Positions 37,645 through 50,500 of a DNA stretch of 64,000 nucleotides are shown here, piece by piece. Within the stretch, counting starts at the first letter, position 1. Every line of letters begins with the position of its first letter. The notes under the pieces are model-generated. The model worked only from the letters and a program-made list of their open reading frames with translations, did no database searches and was not told where the DNA came from. The position numbers and the translations under genes are program-made. Source of the stretch: Mobula hypostoma (Eukaryota); contig NC_086097.1 in assembly GCF_963921235.1 (NCBI RefSeq), positions 77,378,001-77,442,000 of the forward strand, given 5' to 3'.

Positions 37645-38718
37645 TACCTACTCTTAAGGTAATTAGATTTATTAAAGGAAATTACCCAGCCTTGCCTCAC
37701 TTGGAATGAAGCTCCTCCTCAGCCTCTGCTCACCGAAGCCGCTCAAGCCAAGCCTTCTTACTCCGTCTCTCGCTACTCCATCACCTACTACAACGTTGCC
37801 TGTTCTGATAATCTGCTCTCTTTTAAATACTCCCGCTGCCTCACGGTCGACTTACACGCACTTGTGCAGTTGTGCCCCGTTCATCTGCTGAAGAAAAATC
37901 AACACTAAATTTACATAAGGTGTTTCTGCCAACTAAACTTACAACCCTCTGCAGCTTCTTTTGGTCCTGTGCAGTAGCCCCTCCATACCAGACAGTGATG
38001 CAGCCTGTCAGAATGCTCTTCATGGTGTATCTGTAGAAGTTTTTGAGTGTTTTAGTTGTCATACTAAATCTCTTCAAACTCCTAATGAAGTATAGTCGCT
38101 GTCTTGCCTTCTTTATAACTGCATCGATATGTTGGGACCTTGTTAGGCCCTTAGAGATCTTGGCACCCAGGAACTTGAAACTGCTCACACTCTCCACTTC
38201 TGATCCCTCTATGAGGATTAGTATGTGTTCCTGTGTCTTACCCTTCCTGAAGTCCTCAATCAGCTGTTTTGTCTTGCTGACATTGAGTACATGGTTGTGG
38301 CTGCAACACCACTCCACTAGTTGGCATATCTCACTCCTGTACACCCTCTCGTCTCCATCTGAGAGTCTACCAACCATGGTTGTATCATCAGTAAATTTAT
38401 AGATGGTATTTGAGCTGTGCCTAGGCACACAGTCATGGATATAGAGAGAGTAAAGCAGTGGGCTAAGCACACACCCCTGAGGTGCACCAGTGTTGATTGT
38501 CAGCAAGGAGGAGATATCTGACAGTATATCCCTATAAAGGATTGTGAGGACTGCTAAAAGGATCATCGGGGTCTCTCTTCCACCTATTAGAGATAATTAT
38601 CAGGAGCGCTGTGTATGCAGAGCCCTTAGCATTGTCAATGATCCCTCACATCCATCCAATAATCTCTTTAACCTACTACCATCAAGCAGGAGGTACCATA
38701 GCATTAAGACAAGAACTA

Positions 38719-39173
38719 CGAGGGGTGATTGATAAGGTCATGGTCTAAGACAGATGGAGATGAGGAGAAACTTCAAACTTTCTGCATTTTCACTCAAAGA
38801 GTTGACCTGCATGTGCATGTAACGACAGCTGTATAACTGATCTCCTTCTACCTTAGGCCCCGAACTTATCAATCACCCCTGCTGTGGACCACCTGGAGGT
38901 CCAAGATGCTCTTGTTACATGCACATGCAGTTCAACTCTGAGTGATACTGCAGAAAGTTTGACGTTAATAACCTATCTCCTTCTACGTGAGGCCACGAAC
39001 TTATCAATCACCCCTGCTGTGGACCACTTCTACAAAGAAGGGATCAGTATGCTCTACGACCGCTGGACTGTGTGTGTACATGTAGGAGGGGACTATGTTG
39101 AAAAATAAATGTGCAAGGTTTTCTAAAACTGACTCCTTCTACCTTAGGCCATGAACTTATCAATCACCCCTCG
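38719..39173 (+). mobile_element. Mariner-derived MITE with extra internal TIR copies
   Basis: About 40-bp TIR CGAGGGGTGATTGATAAG..; TA TSD (38717-38718, 39174-39175); transposase C-terminus FYKEGISMLYDRW..GDYVEK*. Confidence 0.92.
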
Positions 39174-41173
39174 TATTAGAATGGGAAACAGCTTCTTCTC
39201 TCAGATTGTAAGACGACTGAACTCCATGCCACCACCCAAGTCTCATTATGTATGAAGTGCCAGTAACATTATACTGTTTACTTTTTAACTTGTATCGTAT
39301 ATGCACCTTAATATTATTTTTTGTGGTAATATTACTTCATGTGTTATGTGTGTGAGTATATGTACTGTGTCATGCTCATTGATGCAGGGGATCATTGTCT
39401 TGTTTGGTGGTATACATGTGTACGGTTGAATGACAATAAACTGAATTTGAAATGTATTTCTATCAAAAGAGATCTCAGAAATCTGCTGGTGTTCCAACAG
39501 AGATGAAATTTGACAGTTTTAAAATACAGGACCTTTGTAAGTCCGAATGGGCAGAGAAATATGCTGTGTATAATTTGGCAGGGTGTTCCATAGAAGCAGG
39601 TCCTAAGTACAATATTATGTTAAAGCACTTTGTGTAAATGTTTTCAATGACAGTGGAACTATTTATTTATGGAGTTCCCACCTAAAGTGATGATCATCTG
39701 ATGTAATTTCCACCTTTCCCTCTACATAATAAAGGTTCTGTATTTCAAAATACTCTGTAATATTTATTTCTATGCTATGCCAATATGATATACTGTATGT
39801 GAAAAAATTAGTCCCTGTGTGCAATATATTTTTAAAGGCAATCCTCCCCATACTTTTATTTTCCTGTGATTGAGTGTTTGAAAGGCGAGGAATGTGCCTT
39901 TTCCTGGCTGCTGGTAATCTCAATATGTCAACACAAACATGACCTTGTCCGAGAGAACACTGACAATCACAGCAACTGTCTCTTCCCATGACCTGACTGA
40001 GATTCCAAACAATGTGGGTAACTGTAAGGTTCAATCCCTTGCCTAATGTTCGGGGTAGCTCATTCTTTCTGCAAACATTTCCCATTTAATTTCTGTTCTT
40101 GTTTTACATTTTGTACATTAACAAATATTGATTTGGTTGCTAGAAGATGTCCAGTGAGGTTTTTCATTCACCTTTGACCTTGTATCTGATAAATTAAAAG
40201 CCATCTCCCAGATCAAGATATACCTGTTGCCGCTTGAAGTAAACTGAAAAAATGTGAACTAGTTCAACTTTAATTACTCTTAAAGACCTGAACGTGCTTT
40301 AGGATGTTCGTTCTTTATGCCAAGAACAAAATGGATGAGATTCAATTTCTGCTTCCTAACCGTGAAACTTAAAGTATGTCAACATGTGGTTAGTTTCTGC
40401 AAATGAACAGCAAAAAAAAGAACCCAATGCCTGAGAGTATATCTTAGAACCCAAGTTTTGTACCTAAACACTGTAATAAATTGAAAAAAGTCATTGTAAA
40501 ACTAAAAACGTTGGAGATTTGAAATAAAAATAGATAGTGCTGAAAACGTTGTTAGTGTTATCTCCTTTGCCCCACTCCCCTCACTCTGCAACTCATCGCC
40601 AATTTACTCTCTCAGCTTCCTAGTTCTGAAAAAATGTCTTAGACATGAAAGATTGACTTTTTTTTCCTCTTCCACAGATGCTGCCTAACTACCCCTAAGG
40701 GTTTCCAGCACTTTTTGAAAAAAAATTATCCTGATATGCAGAGGGAGAGAGAGAAAGGGCCAAAGCTGATACATAGTTTATCGTGCTTGTGACGACTACT
40801 GCAAAATTTTTTAACTTCACATCATTGTGATATACTTGCCCAGATTTAACATGATAATGCAGGGGCTTGGTTGCATTTTTCCATGCTTTATAGTCTCCAG
40901 ATGTCTGGCCAATGATTTTTGTAATCCCTTTCTCCTAAGGGAATTCTGTTCATGAATTTTTATGCAGTTTTATTTCCTCGTGGTAGTTTGAACTGATTGG
41001 TGTGTGTTCCCAGACAGAGGCAGTGAGGGTTGGTTTAATATCATTGAAAAAGACTTCAGCTATCACCAATACTTGGGAGAATCAGCTTCCTGAATGATCA
41101 GGCAGACCACGTAAGCTAAATCATTTAAAGATAACATTTTTGAGAGTTTGGATCTCACGTTTCAAATTAATAA

Positions 41174-41560
41174 TAAGACCGTAAGACAATGGAGAAGAAT
41201 TAGGCCAATTGGCTGCTTTGCCATTTGAAATGGTTGATTTATTTTTCTGCTCAACCCCATTTTCCTCCCTTATCTCCATAACCTTTGACATCCTTACAAG
41301 ACAAGAATTTGTTAACCTCCGCTTTAAATGTACCCAATAGCTTGGCCACCACCGCTGACTGTGGCAATGAATTCATAGATTTACCACCTTCTGACTAATG
41401 AAATTCCTCTTCATCTCTATTTTAAATTCCTCTTCATCTCTATATATCCCTGTATTCTGAGGCACAGCCCTCTGGTCTGAGACTCTTCCACTACCGAAAA
41501 GATCCACTTTATGTCCTTGAAAGGAATAGACCTTTCAATTCTCGGTAGGTTTCAGTGGAA
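41174..41560 (-). mobile_element. CR1 3'-end fragment
   Basis: (taagacc)n tail; homologous to 46585-46970. Confidence 0.75.
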
Positions 41561-42462
41561 TGATTCAATTTTACCAAACAGGATTACTAAGAAATATACA
41601 GTATCTGATGCTGCACAATGATGCAGCACAAGTATAATGGGTTGGATAGTTTGAAGTGTGTATATTTTAATGCGAGGAGTATTATCAGTAAAGGTAATGA
41701 ACATGGATCAGTGCATGGAACTACATTTGTATGATGTTGTAGCCAATACTGAAGCTTGGTTGAGACAGGGGCAGGAATGGTGATTAATGTATCAGGTTTT
41801 TGAAGTTTTAGAAAAGCTAGAGGAGGAAGTAAAAGAGATGGTGGAGTTACACTATTAATCAGGATAATATCACAGCTGCATTCATAATGGAGGGGTCAGA
41901 CTCTGAGTCCATTTGGGTGGAACTCAGGAATAGGATGGGTGCAATCACACTGATGAGGTTGTATTACAGACCCCCTAATAGCCACTGGGACATTGAGAAA
42001 CAGATATGTAATCAGATTAAGGAAACGTGTAAAAATAATAAGGTTGTTGTCATGGGAGATTTCGACTTCCTGGGACCTTCTTAGTGTAAGAGGTTTAGAT
42101 GGGGCTGAATCTGTTAAGAGTATTCAGGAAGGTTTTTTAAATCAATACGTAGAGGGACCAATGAGAGGAAGGAGCGCACTGGATCTCGTGTTGGGTCATG
42201 AGCCTGGCCAGGTGACTGACCTTTCAGTAAGTGAACAGCGACCACAACTCCTTATCTTTTAAGATAGCTATAGATAAGGTTAGGTACGGTCCTTGTGGGA
42301 CAGTTTTAAATGGGAGTAGGCAAAATTACAGGGGCGTTAGGCAGGAACTAAGAAGAGTTAATTGGGAACAACAGGAATTCTGCAGATGCCGGAAATTCAA
42401 GCAACACACATCAAAGTTGCTGGTGAACGCAGCAGGCCAGGCAGCATCTGTAGGAAGAGGTG

Positions 42463-42500
42463 CAGTCGACGTTTCAGGCCGAGACCCTTCGTCAGGACTA
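42463..42500 (-). ncRNA. Minimal hammerhead ribozyme motif (intact)
   Basis: Identical core to 22927-22964. Confidence 0.7.
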
Positions 42501-42830
42501 ACTGAAGGAAGAGTGAGTAAGGGATTTGAAAGTTGGAGGGGGAGGGGGAGATCCAAAATGATAGGAGAAGACAGGAGGGGGAGGGATAGAGCCAAGAGCT
42601 GGACAGGTGATAGGCAAAAGGGGATACGAGAGGATCATGGGACAGGAGGTCCGGGAAAAAAGACAAGGAGGGGGGGGGACCCAGAGGATGGGTAAGAGGT
42701 ATATTCAGAGGGACAGAGGGAGAAAAAGCAGAGTGAGAGAAAGAATGTGTGCATAAAAATAAGTAACAGATGGGGTACAAGGGGGAGGTGGGGCCTTAGC
42801 GGAAGTTAGAGAAGTCAATGTTCAACTCCC

Positions 42831-43289
42831 TTGTCCATTCGTCCCCCCCATCCCTCCCCACTGATCTCCCTCCTGGCACATCCGTGTAAGCGGAACAAGT
42901 GCTACACATGCCCTTACACTTCCTCCGTTACCACCATTCAGGGCCCCAAACAGTCCTTCCAGCTGAGGCAACACTTCACCTGTGAGTCGACTGGGGTGAT
43001 ATACTGCGTCTGGTGCTCCCGATGTGGCCTTTTATATATTGGCGAGACCCGACGCAGACTGGGAGACCGCTTTGCTGAACATCTACGCTCTGTCCGCCAG
43101 AGAAAGCAGGATCTCCCAGTGGCCACACATTTTAATTCCACATCCCATTCCCATTCTGACATGTCTATCCACGGCCTCCTCTACTGTAAAGATGAAACCA
43201 CACTCAGGTTGGAGGAACAACACCTTATATTCCGTCTGGGTAGCCTCCAACCTGATGGCATGAACATCGACTTCTCTAACTTCCGCTAA
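42831..43289 (+). pseudogene. Penelope-like element GIY-YIG endonuclease domain (5'-truncated ORF)
   Basis: CKRNKCYTC Cys linker (Neptune hallmark), VIY-C..CSRC..YIGET, RFAEH, VATHF, terminal E..LIFRLG..PDGMN. Confidence 0.92.
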
Positions 43290-43581
43290 TGCCCCACCTC
43301 CCCCTCGTACCCCATCTGTTACTTATTTTTATGCACACATTCTTTCTCTCACTCTCCTTTTTCTCCCTCTGTCCCTCTGAATATACCTCTTGCCCATCCT
43401 CTGGGTCCCCCTCCCTTGTCTTTCTTCCTGGACCTCCTGTCCCATGATCCTCTCGTATCCCCTTTTGCCTATCACCTGTCCAGCTCTTGGCTCTATCCCT
43501 ACCCCTCCTGTCTTCTCCTATCATTTTGGATCTCCCCCTCCCCCTCCAACTTTCAAATCCCTTACTCACTCTTCCTTCAGT

Positions 43582-43619
43582 TAGTCCTGACGAAGGGTCT
43601 CGGCCTGAAACATTGACTG
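43582..43619 (+). ncRNA. Hammerhead motif, mutated (GAAAC-ATT instead of GAAAC-GTC)
   Basis: CTGACGA at 43587-43593 and GAAA present; two CpG-type substitutions destroy the ACGT palindrome. Confidence 0.5.
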
Positions 43620-44364
43620 CACCTCTTCCTACAGATGCTGCCTGGCCTGCTGTGTTCACCAGCAACTTTGATGAGTTAATTGGGAACACCTTTTATCTGG
43701 CAAATCCACATTAGATGTGGAGGGTGTTTAAAGATCAATTCAACAGAGTATAGGAAAAGTATGTTTCTGTTCGAAGGAAGGAAACCAATGGAAAGATAAG
43801 AAAACCTTGGATGTCCAGAGAGGTAATGAATTTATGAATTTAGTCAAGAAGAAAAAAGAAAAGTATGTAAAGCTTTGGAAGTCAGGATCAAATGATGGAC
43901 ATGAGGAGTATAAAGAAGCCAGAAAAGAAATAACAAAGGGAATTAGGGAAGTCAAGAGGGGCCATGAAAAGTCCTTGGCAAGTAGAGGTAAGGTGAATCA
44001 CATGACATTTTATATATACTTCAAGAATAAAAGGATAACTAGGGGGAGGGTGGGACCACTCAAGGTTAAAGGGGGGAGGGACATTTGCTTGGATGCAGAG
44101 AATGTAAATGAGGTACTTAATGAGTACTTTGCTTTACTACCTACCAAGAAAAAGGACATGGAGGACCAGGAGATCAGTGTCAAGTGTATAAATATGTTAG
44201 GGCATTTGGAAGTCAAAGAGGAGGAAGTGTTGGGCCTCCTAATGAGTATTAAGATGGATAAATTCCCAGGACTTCATGGGATTTACTGCAGATTATTGAA
44301 GGAGGCAAGAGACAAGTTTTCTGGGCCTTGATCAGTATATTTGTATCCTCTCTAGCCACAGGTA

Positions 44365-44786
44365 GTGGGTAGTGGCTCCTTATGTCACTACTACAGGGCA
44401 TGACGACCCTGCCTTACACGAGTCCTGGGCTCAGCTGGCTTTGGCTGACAGTACCCCGTATGGGACCCTATCCAGGGTTACGGATCCCACTGCCTTATGG
44501 GTTTCTTCAAGAGAAGAGAAGGTTAAGGAGTAAACCCTACACAAATCTGGAGTGGAGCCCCTAAGGCAGTTGGATGATGTATCACGTCACCTCCTGGCAG
44601 CTCCTGCATCCAAGCTGATGCCAAATATACTGCTTTGCATTCCTTTGGACCACATCCATGAGACCGAGGGGGGATCTTGATGTCTGGGCAGCCCAGGATC
44701 TCCATATTCATCACCCAGGTCTGTGCCCTGGAAAACCGGACGCATCCATTGTCTACTTAGACAGACAAGGCCATTAGGTATTAGGT
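44365..44786 (+). mobile_element. 422-bp SINE-like retroposon of unassigned family
   Basis: 12-bp TSD TAGCCACAGGTA (44353-44364 and 44787-44798); (ATTAGGT)2 tail; interrupts CR1 ORF2. Confidence 0.8.
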
Positions 44787-47548
44787 TAGCCACAGGTAAG
44801 GTCCCAAAGGACTGGTGAGAGGCTAATGTTGTACCTCTATTTAAGAAGGGAACAAGGAAAACCCTGGGAACTATATACTAATGAGTCTCATGTCAGTTGT
44901 AGGGAAATTGCTGGAGAATATTCTTAGTGATAGGATATATGAGCACTTGGAAACCCATGGCCTAATGAGGGAAACCCAGCATGGCTCTGTGCGTGGCAGG
45001 TTGTGCCTTACCAACTTGAGCTTTTTGACGAGGTGACTCCAGAGATTGATGAGGGTAGGACATTGGATGTTGTCGATATGGATTTGAGTAAGACATGTGA
45101 CAAAGTCCCTCATGGGAGGCTAATCCAGAAGATTAAGATGCATGGGATTCGCGATGAATTGACTGTTTGGATTCAGAACTTGGTTGCGCACAGAGGACAG
45201 GGTACTGGTTGAAGACACTTCTTTGAGCTGAAAGTCTGTAAATAGTGGTTCTGCAAAGATCTGTACTGGGACAACTGCTGTTTGTAATGTATATAAATTA
45301 CCTGGATGAAAATGTAGATGGGTGGCTTAGCAAATATGGAGATGATACCAAGATTGGTGGAGTTGTGGATTGTGCGGAAGACTGTCAAGGAATACAGCAC
45401 AATATAGACCAGTTGCAGATATGGGCTGAGGAATGGCAAATGGAGTTTAACCCAGATAAATGTGAGGTGCTGCACCTTGGTAGGGCAAATGCAAGGAGAC
45501 AGTACAGGGCAAGGTCCTTAACAGTGCTGCTGAGCAGAGGGGTCTTGGGATCCAAGTTCATAGCTGCTTCAAAGTGGCTACACAGGTCAAAAAGGTGGTT
45601 AAGAGGGCTTATGGAATGCTTTCTTTTATTAGTTGAGGCTTTGAGTTAAAAATCAGGAGGTTATGTTGTAACTTTATAGAACTCTGGTTAGGCTCCATCT
45701 GGCTACATAGCATGCAGTTTTGCTTGGTCGACTTTTGGAAAGATGTTGAAGTTTTCGAGAGGGTACAGCAAAGGTTTACTGGGATGCTGCCAGGATTATG
45801 CTATCACGAGAATCCAGATAAACTTGGATTACTTCCTGTGGAGCACTGGAAGCTGAGGGGAGATATGATAGGAGCTTACAAGATTATGAGAGGCATAGAT
45901 AGAGTGGACAGAGAGTACCTTTCTCCCAGGGTTGAAATGTCTAATACCAGAGGGGGTATTAAGTTGAGAAGGGGTCGGTCAAGGAAGATGTGAGGGATAA
46001 ATTTTTTACTAAGAGTTGTGGATGCCTGAAATTCACTACTTCGTATGGTGGTAGAGGCCAATACATTAGAGGTTTTTGAGAAATATTTGGATCGGCACAG
46101 GGACGTCAAGAAGATGGAGGGATATGGACATAGTGTAAGTGGGAGGGATTAGTGTTTAGGTGTTTTTGATTTGCTTTTTAGCTAGTACAGCACAACAATG
46201 TGGGCCGAATGGCTATACAGCTCCAGTGAACTGGTTCCAATACTGTCTGAATGTGGTACACAGTGCTGTCGGGTGGCTTTCCTCTCAACGCTGGATTTCC
46301 TTGCAGCTAGAAGAAAACATGATAGTCTAGTTAGCAACTGTAGTTTACTGTTAATTTATCTGAATGGCAGGAGAATCAGTGGGGAGCTGAGAAACACATG
46401 AGAAAGAATAGATTACAGGGTGATAATTGTGGAGGGTGGGGGTTTGGGGATTGATGTGAGTTGGCATTGACTTTAAGCCTAAATTATGTCCTTCTATGTT
46501 GAAATGGAATATGAAAACACATGCCATGCCTAACTAACCTGACTGAAAATCCTTCTGACAGAATAAGCCTTTTGGAAGAGCAGAAGACCATAAAATATAT
46601 GGTAGGAGCAGAATTAGGCCATTTGGTCCATCGAGTCTGCTCCACCATTTCATCATGGTTGATCCAGTTTTCTTCTCAGCCCAAATCTCCTGCCTTCTTC
46701 CTGTATCCCTTCATACCCTGACCAATCAAAATCTATCAACCTCTGCCTTAAATATACATAAAGTCTTGGCCTCCACAGCTGCCTGTGGAGAAGAATTCCA
46801 CAGATTCACCACTCTCTGGCTAAAGAAATTCCTCTTCATCTCCGTTCTAAAAGGACACCCCTCTATTTTGAGGCTGTGTCCTCTGGTCTTAGACTTTCCT
46901 ATCTTAGGAAACATCTTCTCCACATCCACTCTATCAAAGCCTTTCACCATTTGATAGGTTTCAATGAGGTCACCCCTCAATCTTCTGAATTCCAGCAAAT
47001 ACAGGCCGAGAGCCATCAGATGCTATTGCCTTCATATGACAAGCCATTCAACCCTGGAATCATTTTTGTGATCCTCCTTTGAACCCTCTCCAGTTTCAGC
47101 ACATCATATCTAAGACAAGGGCCCCAAAACTGCTCACAATACTCCAATTAGGGAGTCACCAGTGCTTTATAAAGTCTCAACATTACATCCTTGCTTTTAT
47201 ATTCTAGTCCTCTTGAAATGAATGCTAACACTGCATTTGCCTTCCTCACCACAGACTCACCCTGTAAATTAGCCATTATGGAATCCTGCACGAACGCTCC
47301 CAAGTCCCTTTGCATCTCAGTTTTTTTCGTATTTTCTCTCTACTTAGGACACAGTCAACACTTTCATTTCTTTAACCAAAGTTCATGATCATACACTTCC
47401 GGACAGTGTATTCCATCTGCCATTTCTTTGCCTATTTACCCAATCTGTCTAATTCCCTCTGTAGCCTCCCTACTTCCTCAAAACTACCTGCCCCTCCATC
47501 TATCTTCATATCATCTGCAAACTTTGCAATAAAACCATCAATTCCATT

Positions 47549-50500
47549 ATAGAAACATAGAAAATAGGTGCAGGAGTAGGCCATTTGGCCCTTCGAGCCT
47601 GCACCGCCATTCAGTATGATCACGGCTGATCATCCAACTCAGAACCCTGTACCAGCCTTCCCTTCATACCCCCGATCCCTTTAGCCACAAGGGCCATATC
47701 TAACTCCCTCTTAAATATAGAGAATGAACTGGCCTCAACTGTTTCCTGTGGCAGAGGATTCCACAGGTTCACCACTCTCTGTGTAAAGAAGTTTTTCCTA
47801 ATCTCGGTCCTAAAAGGCTTCCCCTTTATCCTCAAACTGTGACCCCTCGTTCTGGACTTCCCCAACATCGGGAACAATCTTCCTGCATCTAGCCTGTCCA
47901 ATCCCTTTAGAATTTTATACGTTTCAATCAGATCCCCCCTCGATCTTCTAAATTCCAACGAGTATAAGCCTAGTTGATCCAGTCTTTCATCATATGAAAG
48001 TCCTGCCATCCCAGGAATCAATCTGGTGAACCTTCTTTGTACTCCCTCTATGGCAAGGTTGTCTTTCCTCAGATTAGGGGACCAAAACTGCACACAATAC
48101 TCCAGGTGTGGTCTCACCAAGGCCTTGTACAACTGCAGTAGTACCTCCCTGCTCCTGTACTAGAATCCTCTTGCTATGAATGCCAGCATACCATTCGCCT
48201 TTTTCACTGCCTGCTGTACCTGCATGCCCACTTTCAATGACTGGTGTATAATGACACCCAGGTCTCGTTGCACCTCCCCTTTTCCTAATTGGCCACCACT
48301 CAGATAATAATCTGTTTTCCTGTTTTTGCCACCAAAGTGGATAACCTCACATTTACCCACATTAGGTTGCATCTGCCATGAATTTGCCCACTCACCCAAC
48401 CTATCCAAGTCACCCTGCATCCTCTTAGCATCCTCCTCACAGCTAACACTGCCACCCAGCTTCCTGTCATCTTCAGACTTGGAGATGCTGCATTTAATTC
48501 CCTCATCTAAGTCATTAATATATATTGTAAACAACTGGGGTCCCAGCACTGAGCCTTGCGGTACCCCACTAGTCACTGCCTGCCATTCTGAAACGGTCCC
48601 ATTTATTCCCACTCTTTGCTTCCTGTCTGCCAACCAATTCTCTATCCACATCAATACCTTACCCCCAATACTGTGTGCTTTAAGTTTGCACACTAATTTC
48701 CTGTGTGGGACCTTGTCAAAAGCCTTTTGAAAGTCCAAATATACCCCATCCACTGGTTCTCCCCTATCCACTCTACTAGTTACATCCTCAAAAAATTTTA
48801 TGAGATTCGTCATACATGATTTTCCTTTCACAAATCCATGCTGACTTTGTCGATGATTTCACTGCTTTCCAAATGTGCTGTTATCACATCTTTGATAACC
48901 GACTCTAGCATTTTCCCCACCACCGATGTCAGGCTAACCGGTTATAATTCCCCAGTTTTTCTCTCCCTCCTTTTTTAAAAAGTGGGATTACATTAGCCAC
49001 CCTGCAATCCTCAGGAACTAGTCCAGAATCTAAAGAGTTTTGAAAAATTATCACTAATGCATCCACTATTTCTTGGGCTACTTCCTTAAGCACTCTGGGA
49101 TGCAGACCATCTGGCCCTGGGGATTTATCTGCCTTTAATCCCTTCAATTTACCAAACACCACTTCCCTACTAACATGTATTTCCCTCAGTTCCTCCATCT
49201 CACTGGACCCTCTGCCCCCTACTATTTCCGGAAGATTATTTATGTCCTCCTTGGTGAAGACAGAACCAAAGTAGTTATTCAATTGGTCTGCCATGTCCTT
49301 GCTCCCCATAATCAATTCACCTGTTTCTGTCTGTAGGGGACCTACATTTGTCTTAACCAATCTTTTTCTTTTCACATATCTATAAAAGCTTTTACAGTCA
49401 GTTTTTATGTTCCCTGCCAGTTTTCTCTCATAACCTTTTTTCCCCTTCCTAATTAAGCCCTTTGTCCTCCTCTGCTGGACTCTGAATTTCTCCCAGTCCT
49501 CAGGTGAGCCACTTTTTCTGGCTAATTTGTATGCTTCTTCTTTGGAATTGATACTATCCCTAATTTCCCTTGTCAGCCACAGGTGCACTACCTTCCATGA
49601 TTTAATCTTTTGCCAAACTAGGATGAACAATTGTTGTAGTTCATCCATGCGATCTTTAAATGCTTGCCATTGCATATCCACCGTCAACCCTTTAACTGTC
49701 ATTTGCCAGTCTATCTTAGCTAATTCACGTCTCATACCTTCAAAGTTACCCTTCTTTAAGTTCAGAACCTTTGTTTCTGAATTAACTATGTCACTCTCCA
49801 TCTTAATAAAGAATTCCACCATATTATGGTCACTCTTACTCAAGGGGCCTCTCACGACAAGATTGCTAATTAACCCTTCCTCATTGCTCAATACCCAGTC
49901 TAGAATAGCCTGCTCTCTAGTTGGTTCCTCTACATGTTGGCTCAAAAAACCATCCCGCATACATTCCAAGAAATCCTTCTTCCTCAGCACCCTTACCAAT
50001 TTGGTTCACCCAATCTATATGTAGATTGAAGTCACCCATTATAACTGCTGTTCCTTTATTGCACACATTTCTAATTTCCTGTTTAATACCATCCCCAACC
50101 TCACTACTACTGTTAGGTGGCTTGTACGCAACTCCCACCAGCGTTTTCTGCCCCTTAGTGTTATGCAGCTCTACCCATATCGATTCCACATCCTCCCGGC
50201 TTATGTCCTTCCTTTCTATTGCGTTAATCTCCTCTCTAACCAGCAATGCTACCCCACCTCCTTTTCTTTCATATCTATCCCTCCTGAATATTGAATATCC
50301 CTGAATGTTGAGCTCCCATCCTTGATCACCCTGGAGCCATGTCTCTGTGATCCCAACTATATCATATTCATTAATAACAATCTGCACTTTTAATTCATCC
50401 ACCTTGTTACGAATGCTCCTTGCATTGACACACAAAACCTTCAGGTTTGCTTTTACAACACTCTTAGCCCTTATACAATTATGTTGAAAAGTGGCCCTTT

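Larger units (their letters stand above)
33697..37880 (-). mobile_element. Near full-length CR1 LINE
   Basis: 5' UTR, ORF1, ORF2 (EN, RT with YADD) and a (catataa)-type tail in collinear order. Confidence 0.96.
33267..38514 (-). mobile_element. Rex1/Babar LINE 3' part, antisense, split by a full-length CR1
   Basis: ORF 37841-38566 (GAPQGCVLSPLLYSLY, KFTDDTT) continues at 33497-33696 (CLRKAASIIKD..SFFPSAI); (cagaat)n tail at 33267; TATC repeated at both junctions. Confidence 0.88.
31090..39452 (+). mobile_element. Rex1/Babar LINE (RT plus 3' UTR) interrupted by three insertions
   Basis: KVAGPDNILGQVLRDCA..IFNISL (31097), IIKFGDTTVVGLI (about 31740), continues at 33116-33263, 38515-38718 (RTAKRIIG..LP) and 39176-39452 with an aataaa (ctgaat)-like tail. 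Confidence 0.85.
42369..43672. mobile_element. Neptune-type Penelope-like retroelement, 5'-truncated with inverted terminal repeat
   Basis: Minus arm 42369-42824 mirrors 43261-43672 and adds a tail of about 40 nt; GIY-YIG ORF between; 16-bp TSD GAGTTAATTGGGAACA (42355-42370 and 43673-43688). Confidence 0.95.
41637..46215 (+). mobile_element. Decayed CR1 ORF2 plus 3' end, hosting a Penelope-like element and a SINE-like insert
   Basis: LKCVYFNARS-like start, YYRPP, GDFD, SDHN, then RT (KYGDDTK) and C-terminus across ORFs 41887-45993. Confidence 0.92.

Noticed and set aside
39663..40085. 140-aa ORF in unique sequence
   Set aside because: No recognisable domain, splice context or coding-like composition
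44365..44470. HDV-like ribozyme at the 5' end of the SINE-like insert
   Set aside because: Could not assemble P1/P2/P3/P1.1 pairings or the J4/2 motif by eye
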